Origin: Acidimicrobiales bacterium
GTDB taxonomy: Bacteria; Actinomycetota; Acidimicrobiia; Acidimicrobiales; Aldehydirespiratoraceae
Assembly (NCBI GenBank): GCA_965207755.1
Contig: OZ242297.1
Coordinates: forward strand, 199,406 to 263,405
DNA length: 64,000 nt
Direction of reading: 5' to 3'
The position numbers and the translations under genes were made by a program. This document shows positions 40,554-49,374 of this stretch, piece by piece. The first letter of the stretch is position 1. Each line of letters starts with the position of its first letter. A model generated the notes under the pieces. The model ran no database searches. It worked only from the letters and a program-made list of their open reading frames with translations, and had not been told where the DNA came from.

Positions 40554-42800
40554 CTACACGATCACCGTTGTGTAGCGGTTGGTGACGACCGGTGCGGGCT
40601 GACAGTCGGGGCCGCGGGGATGGCTGAGGGTCAGCTCCACAGTTAGCCGACCGGGCTGGGCGACCACCGGGACCACTGCCGAGAGCCGGCCCACCAGCAC
40701 GCAGTCGTCGGCGCGGGCCGTGCCCGCCCAGCGGCGCTCGCGGACCACGCGGCCGTCGGGACCGAGCATCCGGGCCTGCACCTGCATGCCGGGCACGTCG
40801 GCCCTGGTGTCGTTGACCACATGGACCGCCAGGTCGAGACAGTCGCCGGACCGCACGCTCTCCGGCAGCTGATCGGCCACCACGATCAGCGGGCGGCACG
40901 CCTCCTGAAGCGCCCACCACCCCTGCTTGGGCCGGCGCAACCCGTCCAGCACGCCGAAGCCTGCGCCAGCCTCCGCGTCGGCCGCGGCGCCGTCGGCGCC
41001 GCCCGCGTCGGCCAGCGCGTGCAGCAGGAAACCCCCGGTGGGCCGGTACTTCAGCCGCCGCAGGGTCTCGACGGTCGTCTTGATCACATCGGGCTGGTCG
41101 CCGTCCACCGGCGTGCCGAACGCCGACACGAACCGGCCCATCGCCGGCACCCGGGCCAGCATCGGACCCACGTCCGCGGCCCGTCGCCCGTGCAGGTCGA
41201 ACCACAGTTCGCTGGTGGTGCCGTCCAGCAGCGGGAGGCGGGGCGGCACGCCGGTGTGGGACACCACCGGGCGGGAGCCGTCGCAGCGATCGAGCACCCG
41301 GCCCAGCCGCCGGTCGAGCACGTCGCGGTTCCATGACGGCCCCTGGCGGCGGACCACCGCCGGTGTGCGGCCGGGGCGGCGGGCCCGGGAGTAGGGCTGG
41401 TCGTGCGCGCACCACACCGCCACCGAGGGGCGGTGGCCCAGCAGGTCGACGGCCTCCCGGGCCTGGCGGCCGGCCTCGTCGGCGACGCTGCGGCTCATGA
41501 GGCCGCGGATCGGCAGGTCCTGCCACACCAGCACGCCCAGCTCGTCGGCCGCGTCGTACAGCTCGGGCCGGGCGATGTGGGCGACCGGCCGCACCATGTC
41601 GAGGCCGGCGTTGCGGGCGGCCCGGATGTCGTCGGCCACCTCCGATGCCGTGGCCGTGCCCAGCAGCGGCCGGGTGGGCAGCAGGTTGGCGCCCTTGGCG
41701 AACAGCCGCTCACCGTTGACGTGCAGCACCCAGCGGCGCATGGCCACCGACCGGAACCCGATGCGGAAGTACCGCCCGTCGTGGACCTCGGTGCCCGTCA
41801 GCACCTCCATCAGCAGGTCGCAGAGATGCTGGTCGCCCAGCGTGTGGGGCCACCACAGCGGGGGATCGTCGACGTCGACGGTCCACTCCACCCGGTTCTC
41901 CCCGTCGGCGGCATGGTGGATGTGGACGTGCTCGGCGCCGGCCACCCGGGTTCGAAGGTCCACCCGACCGCCGCCGGGCACGTCCAGCACCGCCCGCAGC
42001 TCCAGACGGGCCCGCGGCCGGTCCCGACCCTCGCCTAGGCTGACTCCGGCGCAGACGGCCCGGGCGTGGCGGATCGCAATCCGTCCCGTGGACCGCAGCC
42101 GGACCGGCCGCCACAACCCGCCCACGATCAGATCGTCGACCCCGCACAGCTCGGGGTCCTGCAGCGCTCCGGTGAGCAGGGTCCGGTTGTCGGGGTCGCC
42201 GAAACGGCGGCAGGTGGCCTCGATGGCCAGCAGGTGCTCGGGCCGGGCGGCGATCTGCTCGGTCACCTCCAGTTCGTGGGGCACGAAGTACCCGTCGGTG
42301 TGGCCCAGGTACGCGCCGTCGAGCCAGACGTCCCCCTGCTGGGCCAACCCCTCGATCCGCAGCCACCAGCGCCGGCCGCGGCCCCCGGCGGGGTCGCCGG
42401 CGTCCTCGCCCCCGCCGGCGTCCTCGCCCCCGGTCGTGTCGCTTGCGTCCTCGCCCCCGCCGGCGTCCTCGCCCCCGGTCGTGTCGTCGCTCCCGGTTGC
42501 GTCGTCGCCTCCGGTTGCGTCGCTTGCGTCCTCGACGCTGGTCGTGTCGTCGCCCCCGGTCGTGTCGTCGGCGTGTTCGCTCCTGGCTGCGGCCGCCTCC
42601 GACGGTCCCTCGAAGCGGCGGCGGTAGAGCACCGACTCCTCGAGAGCCAGGTCCCTGCCCTCGCCGTCGGGTGTGCCCTGCGCCCAATGGCCGGGCACCG
42701 GCATCTCCCTCCAGCGCGAGTCGTCGTGGTCGAACTCGTGGAACGTGCGCCGCCGTCCTTCGGTGGCCGCCGCGACCCGCCACGTCCCGCCTAGGTCCAC
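40554..42800 (-). CDS. Glycoside hydrolase family 2 (beta-mannosidase/beta-galactosidase-like)
   Basis: 748 aa with a GH2 N-terminal sugar-binding pattern (WREMPVPGHW) and TIM barrel region. An acidic Asp/Thr/Gly tandem-repeat insertion is encoded at about 42398-42570. Confidence 0.8.
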   Translation of the reverse strand: MDLGGTWRVAAATEGRRRTFHEFDHDDSRWREMPVPGHWAQGTPDGEGRDLALEESVLYRRRFEGPSEAAAARSEHADDTTGGDDTTSVEDASDATGGDDATGSDDTTGGEDAGGGEDASDTTGGEDAGGGEDAGDPAGGRGRRWWLRIEGLAQQGDVWLDGAYLGHTDGYFVPHELEVTEQIAARPEHLLAIEATCRRFGDPDNRTLLTGALQDPELCGVDDLIVGGLWRPVRLRSTGRIAIRHARAVCAGVSLGEGRDRPRARLELRAVLDVPGGGRVDLRTRVAGAEHVHIHHAADGENRVEWTVDVDDPPLWWPHTLGDQHLCDLLMEVLTGTEVHDGRYFRIGFRSVAMRRWVLHVNGERLFAKGANLLPTRPLLGTATASEVADDIRAARNAGLDMVRPVAHIARPELYDAADELGVLVWQDLPIRGLMSRSVADEAGRQAREAVDLLGHRPSVAVWCAHDQPYSRARRPGRTPAVVRRQGPSWNRDVLDRRLGRVLDRCDGSRPVVSHTGVPPRLPLLDGTTSELWFDLHGRRAADVGPMLARVPAMGRFVSAFGTPVDGDQPDVIKTTVETLRRLKYRPTGGFLLHALADAGGADGAAADAEAGAGFGVLDGLRRPKQGWWALQEACRPLIVVADQLPESVRSGDCLDLAVHVVNDTRADVPGMQVQARMLGPDGRVVRERRWAGTARADDCVLVGRLSAVVPVVAQPGRLTVELTLSHPRGPDCQPAPVVTNRYTTVIV

Positions 42801-42870
42801 CGCCCCAAGCTACCGCCCGTCCCATCCTCAAGACCCAGCGCCCCCAGTGCGCGCCCGCTTCGCCTGGGAA

Positions 42871-42975
42871 TCTCGGGTTGGTTTTGGGTGGTGGGTGCCC
42901 GGAATCGTCCCGAGATTTCTGCGCCCGCTTCGCCTGGGAATCTCGGGTTGGTTTTGGGTGGTGGGTGCCCGGAAT
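42871..42975. repeat. Hairpin repeat family 1, 2 tandem copies, period 60
   Basis: TCTCGGGTTGGTTTTGGGTGGTGGGTGCCCGGAATCGTCCCGAGA at 42871-42915 and 42931-42975, between divergent genes. Confidence 0.9.
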
Positions 42976-43086
42976 CGTCCCGAGATTTCTGCGCCCTGCC
43001 GCGAGCTCTCTCGCGGCCTCGCCGTGCCCGCCGGACGCCGCCCTGCCCCGAAGGACCGAGAACGGGGGCCGCTAGGGTGACCGTCG

Positions 43087-44592
43087 ATGCTTGAGTCCAG
43101 ACCGACGACGCTCGGCGAGCTGCGGGCCTCCGGCTGGACGTCGGTGCCGGTGCGCCAGGAGCTGCGCCGCAACGCCACCGAGCGCATCCGCTCCGGCCGG
43201 CCGCTGTTCGACGACGTGCTCGGCTACCACAGCACCGTCATCCCCCAGGTGGAGAACGCCCTGCTGGCCGGCCACGACATGATCATGCTGGGGGAGCGGG
43301 GCCAGGCGAAGACCCGCATGATCCGCGGCCTCATCGGCCTGCTCGACGAGTGGATGCCGATCATCGCCACCTCCGAGATCAACGACGACCCCTACGCCCC
43401 GGTGTCGGCCCACGCCCGGGCCCTGGTGGCCGAGCACGGCGACGACACGCCCGTCGCCTGGATGCACCGCGACGACCGCTACGGCGAGAAGCTGGCCACC
43501 CCCGACACGTCGATCGCCGACCTGATCGGCGAGGTCGATCCCATCAAGGTGGCCGAGGGCCGGTACCTGTCCGACGAGTTCACCGTGCACTACGGGCTGG
43601 TGCCCCGCACCAACCGGGGGATCTTCGCCATCAACGAGCTGCCCGACCTCGCCGAGCGCATCCAGGTGGGCCTGCTCAACGTGCTGGAGGAGCGCGACGT
43701 CCAGATCCGCGGCTACAAGGTCCGCCTGCCCCTCGACGTGGTCCTGGTGGCGACGGCCAACCCCGAGGACTACACCAACCGGGGTCGCATCATCACGCCC
43801 CTCAAGGACCGTTTCGGGGCCCAGATCCGCACCCACTACCCGCTCGACGCCGGGACCGAGATCGCCATCGTCGAGCAGGAGGCCTACGTCGGCTCGGCCG
43901 GGGCCGGGCCCGGCGGCGGCGATGCCTTGATGTCGTCCGGTGACCGGGTGCCGGTGAACGCGGCCGGGCCCGGCGGCGGCGACGATCCGACGGGCGTGGC
44001 CGTGACCGTGCCTTCGTTCATGACCCGCATCGTGGTGGCGCTCACCCGGGCGGCCCGGTCCAGCTCCCACGTCTCGCAGCGCTCGGGAGTCTCGGTGCGC
44101 CTCAGCATCTCCAACACCGAGACGATGGTGGCCAACGCGGTGCGCCGCACCCTGCGCACCGGCGCCGACCACGCCGTTCCCCGGGTGACCGACCTCGAGG
44201 CGCTCACCTCGTCGACCGCGGGCAAGGTCGAGATCGAGACCCTGGAGGAGGGCCGGGAGGCCGAGATCCTCCAACGGCTGGTCCACTCGGCCGTGCTGTC
44301 GGTGTTCAAGGACTGCGTGCCGCCCGACATGCACCGCGAGGTGGTGGACGCCTTCGACGACGACCTGGTGGTGGACGTGGGCGACGACGTGGCCGACGCC
44401 GACTACGCCGGCCTGCTGGCGACCGTCCCGGCACTGACCGCCCCCGTGCAGGCTCTGCTGGCCGGAGACGAGGCCGCCGAGTCGCCGGCCATGGTCGCCT
44501 CGGCGGTGGAGCTGGTGCTGGAGGGCCTGCACTTGTCGAAGCGCCTCAACAAGGACGCCCAGGGGCCCCGGGCCCAGTACCGCTCCCGCTAG
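43087..44592 (+). CDS. AAA+ ATPase, Mg-chelatase ChlI/BchI-like (often annotated as sigma54-interaction-domain protein)
   Basis: Walker A GERGQAKT, Walker B IFAINELPDL, ..VATANPEDY... A 60-bp in-frame duplication sits at 43901-43981. Confidence 0.8.
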   Translation: MLESRPTTLGELRASGWTSVPVRQELRRNATERIRSGRPLFDDVLGYHSTVIPQVENALLAGHDMIMLGERGQAKTRMIRGLIGLLDEWMPIIATSEINDDPYAPVSAHARALVAEHGDDTPVAWMHRDDRYGEKLATPDTSIADLIGEVDPIKVAEGRYLSDEFTVHYGLVPRTNRGIFAINELPDLAERIQVGLLNVLEERDVQIRGYKVRLPLDVVLVATANPEDYTNRGRIITPLKDRFGAQIRTHYPLDAGTEIAIVEQEAYVGSAGAGPGGGDALMSSGDRVPVNAAGPGGGDDPTGVAVTVPSFMTRIVVALTRAARSSSHVSQRSGVSVRLSISNTETMVANAVRRTLRTGADHAVPRVTDLEALTSSTAGKVEIETLEEGREAEILQRLVHSAVLSVFKDCVPPDMHREVVDAFDDDLVVDVGDDVADADYAGLLATVPALTAPVQALLAGDEAAESPAMVASAVELVLEGLHLSKRLNKDAQGPRAQYRSR

Positions 44593-44686
44593 CCCGAATG
44601 ACGGGGGCTCGGCAGGGGCGCGGCCGCCGGCCCGCCGGGGGCGCGGAGTGACCCTCGGGCGCGGCGCTCGCCGGGGAGTGGGAGCG

Positions 44687-46950
44687 CTAGCCGGTGAAGG
44701 TGACGTCTCCCTGCGCCGCGCGGTTGGCCAGACCCGTGCTCCGGACGAGGACGAGACCGAGCTGGTCCTCGCCGCCGATGGTGACGGTGACGGTGGCGGT
44801 GGTCTGCTCGCCTGACAGGTCGACGAACCTGTTCAGGCCGATGCCGCCGTCGCGGACGGCGGTCACCAGGATTGTCGGTCTGCTGTCGGGGATGCAGCTG
44901 AGGCTGACCTCGAAGTCGACCGCCGTGTCGCTGCGGCTGGCCTCGGGGCTGCTGATCGTCAGCGTCGGACGGCCGGTGCAGGCAACCAGTGCCTGCTAGT
45001 CGTCGTCGGGCGGTGGCGGGTCGTCGGGCGGTGGCGGGTCGTCGTTGTCGGTGACTGCGGCGGTGTCGGCGCCGCTGCCGGTGTAGCCGTCGCCGCTGTT
45101 GATCGTCGCTGTGACTGAGCCGTCGGCTTCGTCGTCGGAGTCGTCGGCGGTGGCGACGGTGAGGGTGGCGCTGCCCGATGTGGGGATGGTGACGGTGCGC
45201 GTGCCGGTGCCGGCGCCGTAGTCGCCGCTTGCGGACACTGTGACGGTGACGTCGAGGTCGGCCGCCGGCGCCGGGCTGGCGCTCAGCGTGAAGGTGGGGC
45301 TGCCGCCCTCGGTGACGCCGTTGCCGGCGGCGATGCTGATTGCCGGAACCTCCACGGGAGCGTCGCTGTCGGTGACGGTGGCGGTCAGAGACGACGGCGC
45401 GCCCAGCGTGTAGCCGCTGCCGGCATCGAGTGTGAGGGTGATCGATGCGTCGGCGAAGGTGGGCAGGGCGATGCGCCGGGCCCGGAAGCTGTCGGCATCG
45501 AGTGTGAGGGTGATCGATGCGTCGGCGAAGGCGGGCAGGGCGATGCGCCGGGCCCGGAAGCTGTCGGCATCGAGTGTGGCGGTGACCGATCCGTCCGGCT
45601 CGCCGGTGCTGTCGTCACTCGTGGCGACCGTCAGCGTGGCGCTGGTCGCGCCCGCATTGATCGTCACCCGCCGTGGACCCGCCTGCCCGACAGCAGCGAA
45701 ATCACCGCTGTCGATAACAGTTACATCGACAGCCAGCGCAGCCGAACCCGCCGAGTTCGAGGACTACGGCAGCAGCGAGCAGGTCTTCACGTCACATCGA
45801 CAGCCAGCGCAGCCGAACCCGCCGAGCCCCGGCTCACCGTGAACGTCGCCGCGGCACCCTCAGTCACATCGGCACCCACGGCGATGGAGACCTCTGGGAG
45901 GTCGCCGTCGTTGTCGGCGATGGAGACAGTCGCTCGATCCGGTGTGCCGACCGAGCACTACAAGTCATAGCCCAAGTCCCAATACGGCAGCAGTTCCAAG
46001 GTGACCGATCCGCCGGCCTCGACACTCCCGTCGTCGAGGGTCCCGACGGAGAACGCATACTCCAACTCGCGTTCGCCGGGGATGAACGTGGCCGCGCGCG
46101 CGGAATCGTCGGCAAAGTCGCCGTCGAACGACCACCGGACCCTGACGGGAAGGACACCGCCGAAGCTCCTGATCGGCGGCCGGTCGAAGGTGATCGTGAA
46201 GCTGGCATCCTCGCCTTCCACGATGGTGTCGCCCGACGCGCCGACCGACACCGTCCCCACAGCGTTGCCGCCGGAGGTGTCGTCGTCCATGACGACCACC
46301 ACGTCGGCCCGCTCGTGCTCGACATGGCGTAGCCGCTGCCCGTCTGAAGCGTCGCCGTCAGCTCGAGGTCGACCCCCCAGTCGTCGTCGGTCGTGACGAT
46401 GGTGAGCTTCGCGCTGCCGGTGGCGGGAATGGTGACGGTCCGCGCACCGGCCGTGATCCCCTGATTCGCCTGGTGCAGGGGATATTGCGTCCAGAGCGAG
46501 GACATCACGCCGACCGGCGGCGGGGCCGTCGGGGCGCGGGTTCGCCACCAGCGTGAAGGACGCCGCGTCACCCTCGATCACGTTGCCGTCAGCGACGATC
46601 CTGACCGTCGGCGGAGGGCGGTCGCCGTCTGCGGGCCGCACCGCCGGCTGGGCGTCGTCGTCGATGGTGACGATGATCGCGCTGGGATCGGCGACATCGC
46701 CTCCGGCGGCCGCGGCCGCGGTCCTGAACTCCTTGAGCGGCTCGTCGACTTCGTTCTGGGAAGCGATGAACGCCACAGGATCGGTGCTCGCGGTGGCGCC
46801 CGCCGCGACGGTGAGCCTGGTCCATGCGCTCATCGAGCCTTCGGCAGGCACCGCGGCGGCGACAGCGGCAGCGCTGACGTCGACGATGACATCCTGCGAC
46901 GACGATGGCTGAGGCTCGCGCCCCCCAGGGTGCGTAGGGAGGGCTACCAA
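44687..46950 (-). pseudogene. Decayed large Calx-beta/cadherin-like repeat protein gene (frameshifts, in-frame stops, internal duplications)
   Basis: Repeated ..ATVSIADND.., ..TLTVATSDDS.., ..DGSVTATL.. modules are spread over at least 3 frames. In-frame TAG stops at 44996 and 45958. 72-bp x2.3 tandem insert at 45422-45590. Confidence 0.6.
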
Positions 46951-46989
46951 GCCGGGACGGTTCGCCGTGAGAATTGATGCAGGTCTGGG

Positions 46990-48273
46990 CTAACGGCCGC
47001 TGCCGGCGATGGCGGCGGCCAGGCACCGGGCTGAGGGCTTGACCACCCGGTCGCGGCCGACCAGGCCCCGCGGCGCGTCGAAGCCCAGGGCCCACTCGTA
47101 GCCGTCCACCGCGCTGTCGTGGAAGTATCCCCGCAGGCCCGAGGCCCGGGCGTCGGCCACCGCCGCCAACGACCCGTCCAGCACCGTGTCGCGCCAGTCG
47201 TCGTCATCGGTGGGCACGCCGTGGGCGGCCACCGCCACGCCCCGGCCCGGCACCGCCTCGATGGCCCGGTGTACCGCCTCGCCCAACTCGGCCGGCTCGG
47301 GGGCGAAGCCCGCGGCCGAGCGCCGGGCCGACGCCGGCCAGCTCACCAGCCGGCCCGTCTCGGTCACCCCCACCGGGTGGTCGTGGCTCAGTCCCACCAG
47401 CTCCGGGCCCCTCTCGAAGCTCGGAGCTGCCACCGGCGACCGGCCCGGCACCTCCACCGCACCCTCGCGCAGGGCCCTCGTCCAGGTGCCCCACAGCAGG
47501 TCGTCCCAGCGGCGGGTCTCCATGCTCGCCGCGTGCGCGTGCTCGCGCTCCACCGGCGCGGCGTGCAGCGTCGGGGCCCCGAAGGTCGCCATCACCGGCT
47601 GCGGACCCGACTCCAGCAGCCGGCACGCCTCGTGCAGGGCCAGCATCGCCGCCTCGGCCGCCTCACCGGCGGCCTCGGCGCTGCGCCTGCCCGGCGGCCG
47701 GGTGCCCAGCCCGTAGCCCCGCACGGCCCAGCCGATGGGGTCCTCGATCGGGCACCAGCCCGCGGCCCGGCCGTCGAAGGCTTCGGCCATGCGGTCGATG
47801 TGGCGGGCCCACCAGCGCCTCCGGGCCGTCTCGTCGGCGTGGCCGCCCTCGTCGTCGACGTACCAGCCCGGCAGCGACGTGTGCTGCAGCGTGATCCACA
47901 CGCCCAGGCCCTCGGCGGCGGCCGCGTCGGCGATGTCCAGGTAGCGGTCCAGCGCGTCGCTGCCGGGCCTTCCCGCGGCCGGCTCGACCCGGGCCCACTC
48001 CACGGTCAGGCGCAGGCTGTTGAGCCCCAGCCCCCGCAGCTGGGCCAGATCGTCGCGGTAGTCGGTGGCGAAGCCGGCGCCGTCCCCGGAGCGCGGCGCC
48101 CGCCCGTCGCGCTCCCAAACCGACCAGTCGGCCGCTGGCGCCACCCCCTCGGCCGACACCGACGACGCCCCCGCCCCCCACAAGAACCCGTCGCTCCTGC
48201 CGGTCATGGCCTCGGCCGCTCGCCCCGGGATCGATGTCGAGAATGTGCCTCCGAGGTCGTCACCGGCATCCAT
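46990..48273 (-). CDS. Glycoside hydrolase family 1-like protein with atypical acid/base motif
   Basis: FLWGAGASSVSAEG, RLTVEWARVEP and TLQHTSLPGWY match GH1. The NEP position reads IEDP; the nucleophile region reads VTETG. Confidence 0.7.
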   Translation of the reverse strand: MDAGDDLGGTFSTSIPGRAAEAMTGRSDGFLWGAGASSVSAEGVAPAADWSVWERDGRAPRSGDGAGFATDYRDDLAQLRGLGLNSLRLTVEWARVEPAAGRPGSDALDRYLDIADAAAAEGLGVWITLQHTSLPGWYVDDEGGHADETARRRWWARHIDRMAEAFDGRAAGWCPIEDPIGWAVRGYGLGTRPPGRRSAEAAGEAAEAAMLALHEACRLLESGPQPVMATFGAPTLHAAPVEREHAHAASMETRRWDDLLWGTWTRALREGAVEVPGRSPVAAPSFERGPELVGLSHDHPVGVTETGRLVSWPASARRSAAGFAPEPAELGEAVHRAIEAVPGRGVAVAAHGVPTDDDDWRDTVLDGSLAAVADARASGLRGYFHDSAVDGYEWALGFDAPRGLVGRDRVVKPSARCLAAAIAGSGR

Positions 48274-48294
48274 TTCCCAATGGGGGTGGGGCGC

Positions 48295-49137
48295 TCAGCG
48301 CAGGGTGAACACGCCGGCGTCGAACACCACCCGGTCGTCCACCCGGGTCTGGAACAGCGTGGTGTCGCCCTCGTCCCACATGCAGACGTCGAGGCGCTGT
48401 CCGGGCAGCACCGGCGCCTTGAAGCGCCCGGCCATCGATCCGAAGCGGGCCGGGTCGCTGCCGCACAGCGTGTGCAGCAGGGCCCGGCCGGTCACCCCGA
48501 ACGTGCACAGCCCGTGCAGGATCGGGGTCTCGAACCCGGCCATGGCCGCGAACGACGGGTCGGAGTGGAGGGGGTTGCGGTCGCCGCTGAGGCGGTACAG
48601 CAGGGCCTGGTCGGTTCGGGTGTCGAAGCCGGCCACGTGGTCGGGCTCGCGGTCGGGCTGCCGCCAGGTGTTCGACGGCCCGCGGTCGCCGCCCCAGCCC
48701 CCCTCCCCGGAGATGAACAGCCCGGCCCGGCTGGTCCACATCGGCTCGCCGTCGTGGCTGCGGACGTCGGTCTCCAGCACCACCAGCGCGGCCTTGATCT
48801 TGTCGTAGACGGCGGCCACTCGGGCCTGGGCCACCGCCGATCCGGCCGCCGGCAGCTCCTGGTGGAGCTCGATGCGCTGGTCGCCGTGCAGCAGCGCGGC
48901 CAAGTTGAAGTCGCCGTAGTCGGGCATGTTGCCCGCGCCCAGCACCACCGCCTGCGTGGGCAGCGCCCGCTGGGGCACGCCCCGGGTGTTCTCGGTGGTG
49001 AACTCCAGCTCGAAGCCGGTGGGATCCGACGCTCCCGCCCCCACGCCCAAGGCGTAGAGCAGGCTGTCCTTCGAGGTCCAGCCGATCTCGGTCTCTTCTC
49101 CCACGGCGCCCACGGCATCAGGATCGATGGGCATCAC
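48295..49137 (-). CDS. MaoC-family double hot-dog (R)-specific enoyl-CoA hydratase/dehydratase
   Basis: 280 aa. The C-terminal hot-dog carries DRNPLHSDPSFA; the N-terminal is a degenerate hot-dog. Confidence 0.8.
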   Translation of the reverse strand: MMPIDPDAVGAVGEETEIGWTSKDSLLYALGVGAGASDPTGFELEFTTENTRGVPQRALPTQAVVLGAGNMPDYGDFNLAALLHGDQRIELHQELPAAGSAVAQARVAAVYDKIKAALVVLETDVRSHDGEPMWTSRAGLFISGEGGWGGDRGPSNTWRQPDREPDHVAGFDTRTDQALLYRLSGDRNPLHSDPSFAAMAGFETPILHGLCTFGVTGRALLHTLCGSDPARFGSMAGRFKAPVLPGQRLDVCMWDEGDTTLFQTRVDDRVVFDAGVFTLR

Positions 49138-49206
49138 ACCTCCACTCCTTGCGGGCCGTTCACGCTAACGCCACTCGCACTCCTGCAGCCCGGCGTCCGC
49201 ACAGAT

Positions 49207-49323
49207 TCTCGGTGCGATTTCTGGGCGTATACGACACACAACCGACCCGAGATTGTGGGGCCGGCCGCGCCGCGGATTCTCGGTGCGATTTCTGGGCGTA
49301 TACGACACACAACCGACCCGAGA
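49207..49323. repeat. Hairpin repeat family 1 variant, 2 tandem copies, period 71
   Basis: TCTCGGTGCGATTTCTGGGCGTATACGACACACAACCGACCCGAGA at 49207-49252 and 49278-49323, between divergent genes. Confidence 0.85.
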
Positions 49324-49374
49324 TTGTGGGGCCGGCCGTACTGTCGTGCTGGCCGGCCGCGTAGGATCGACGGG

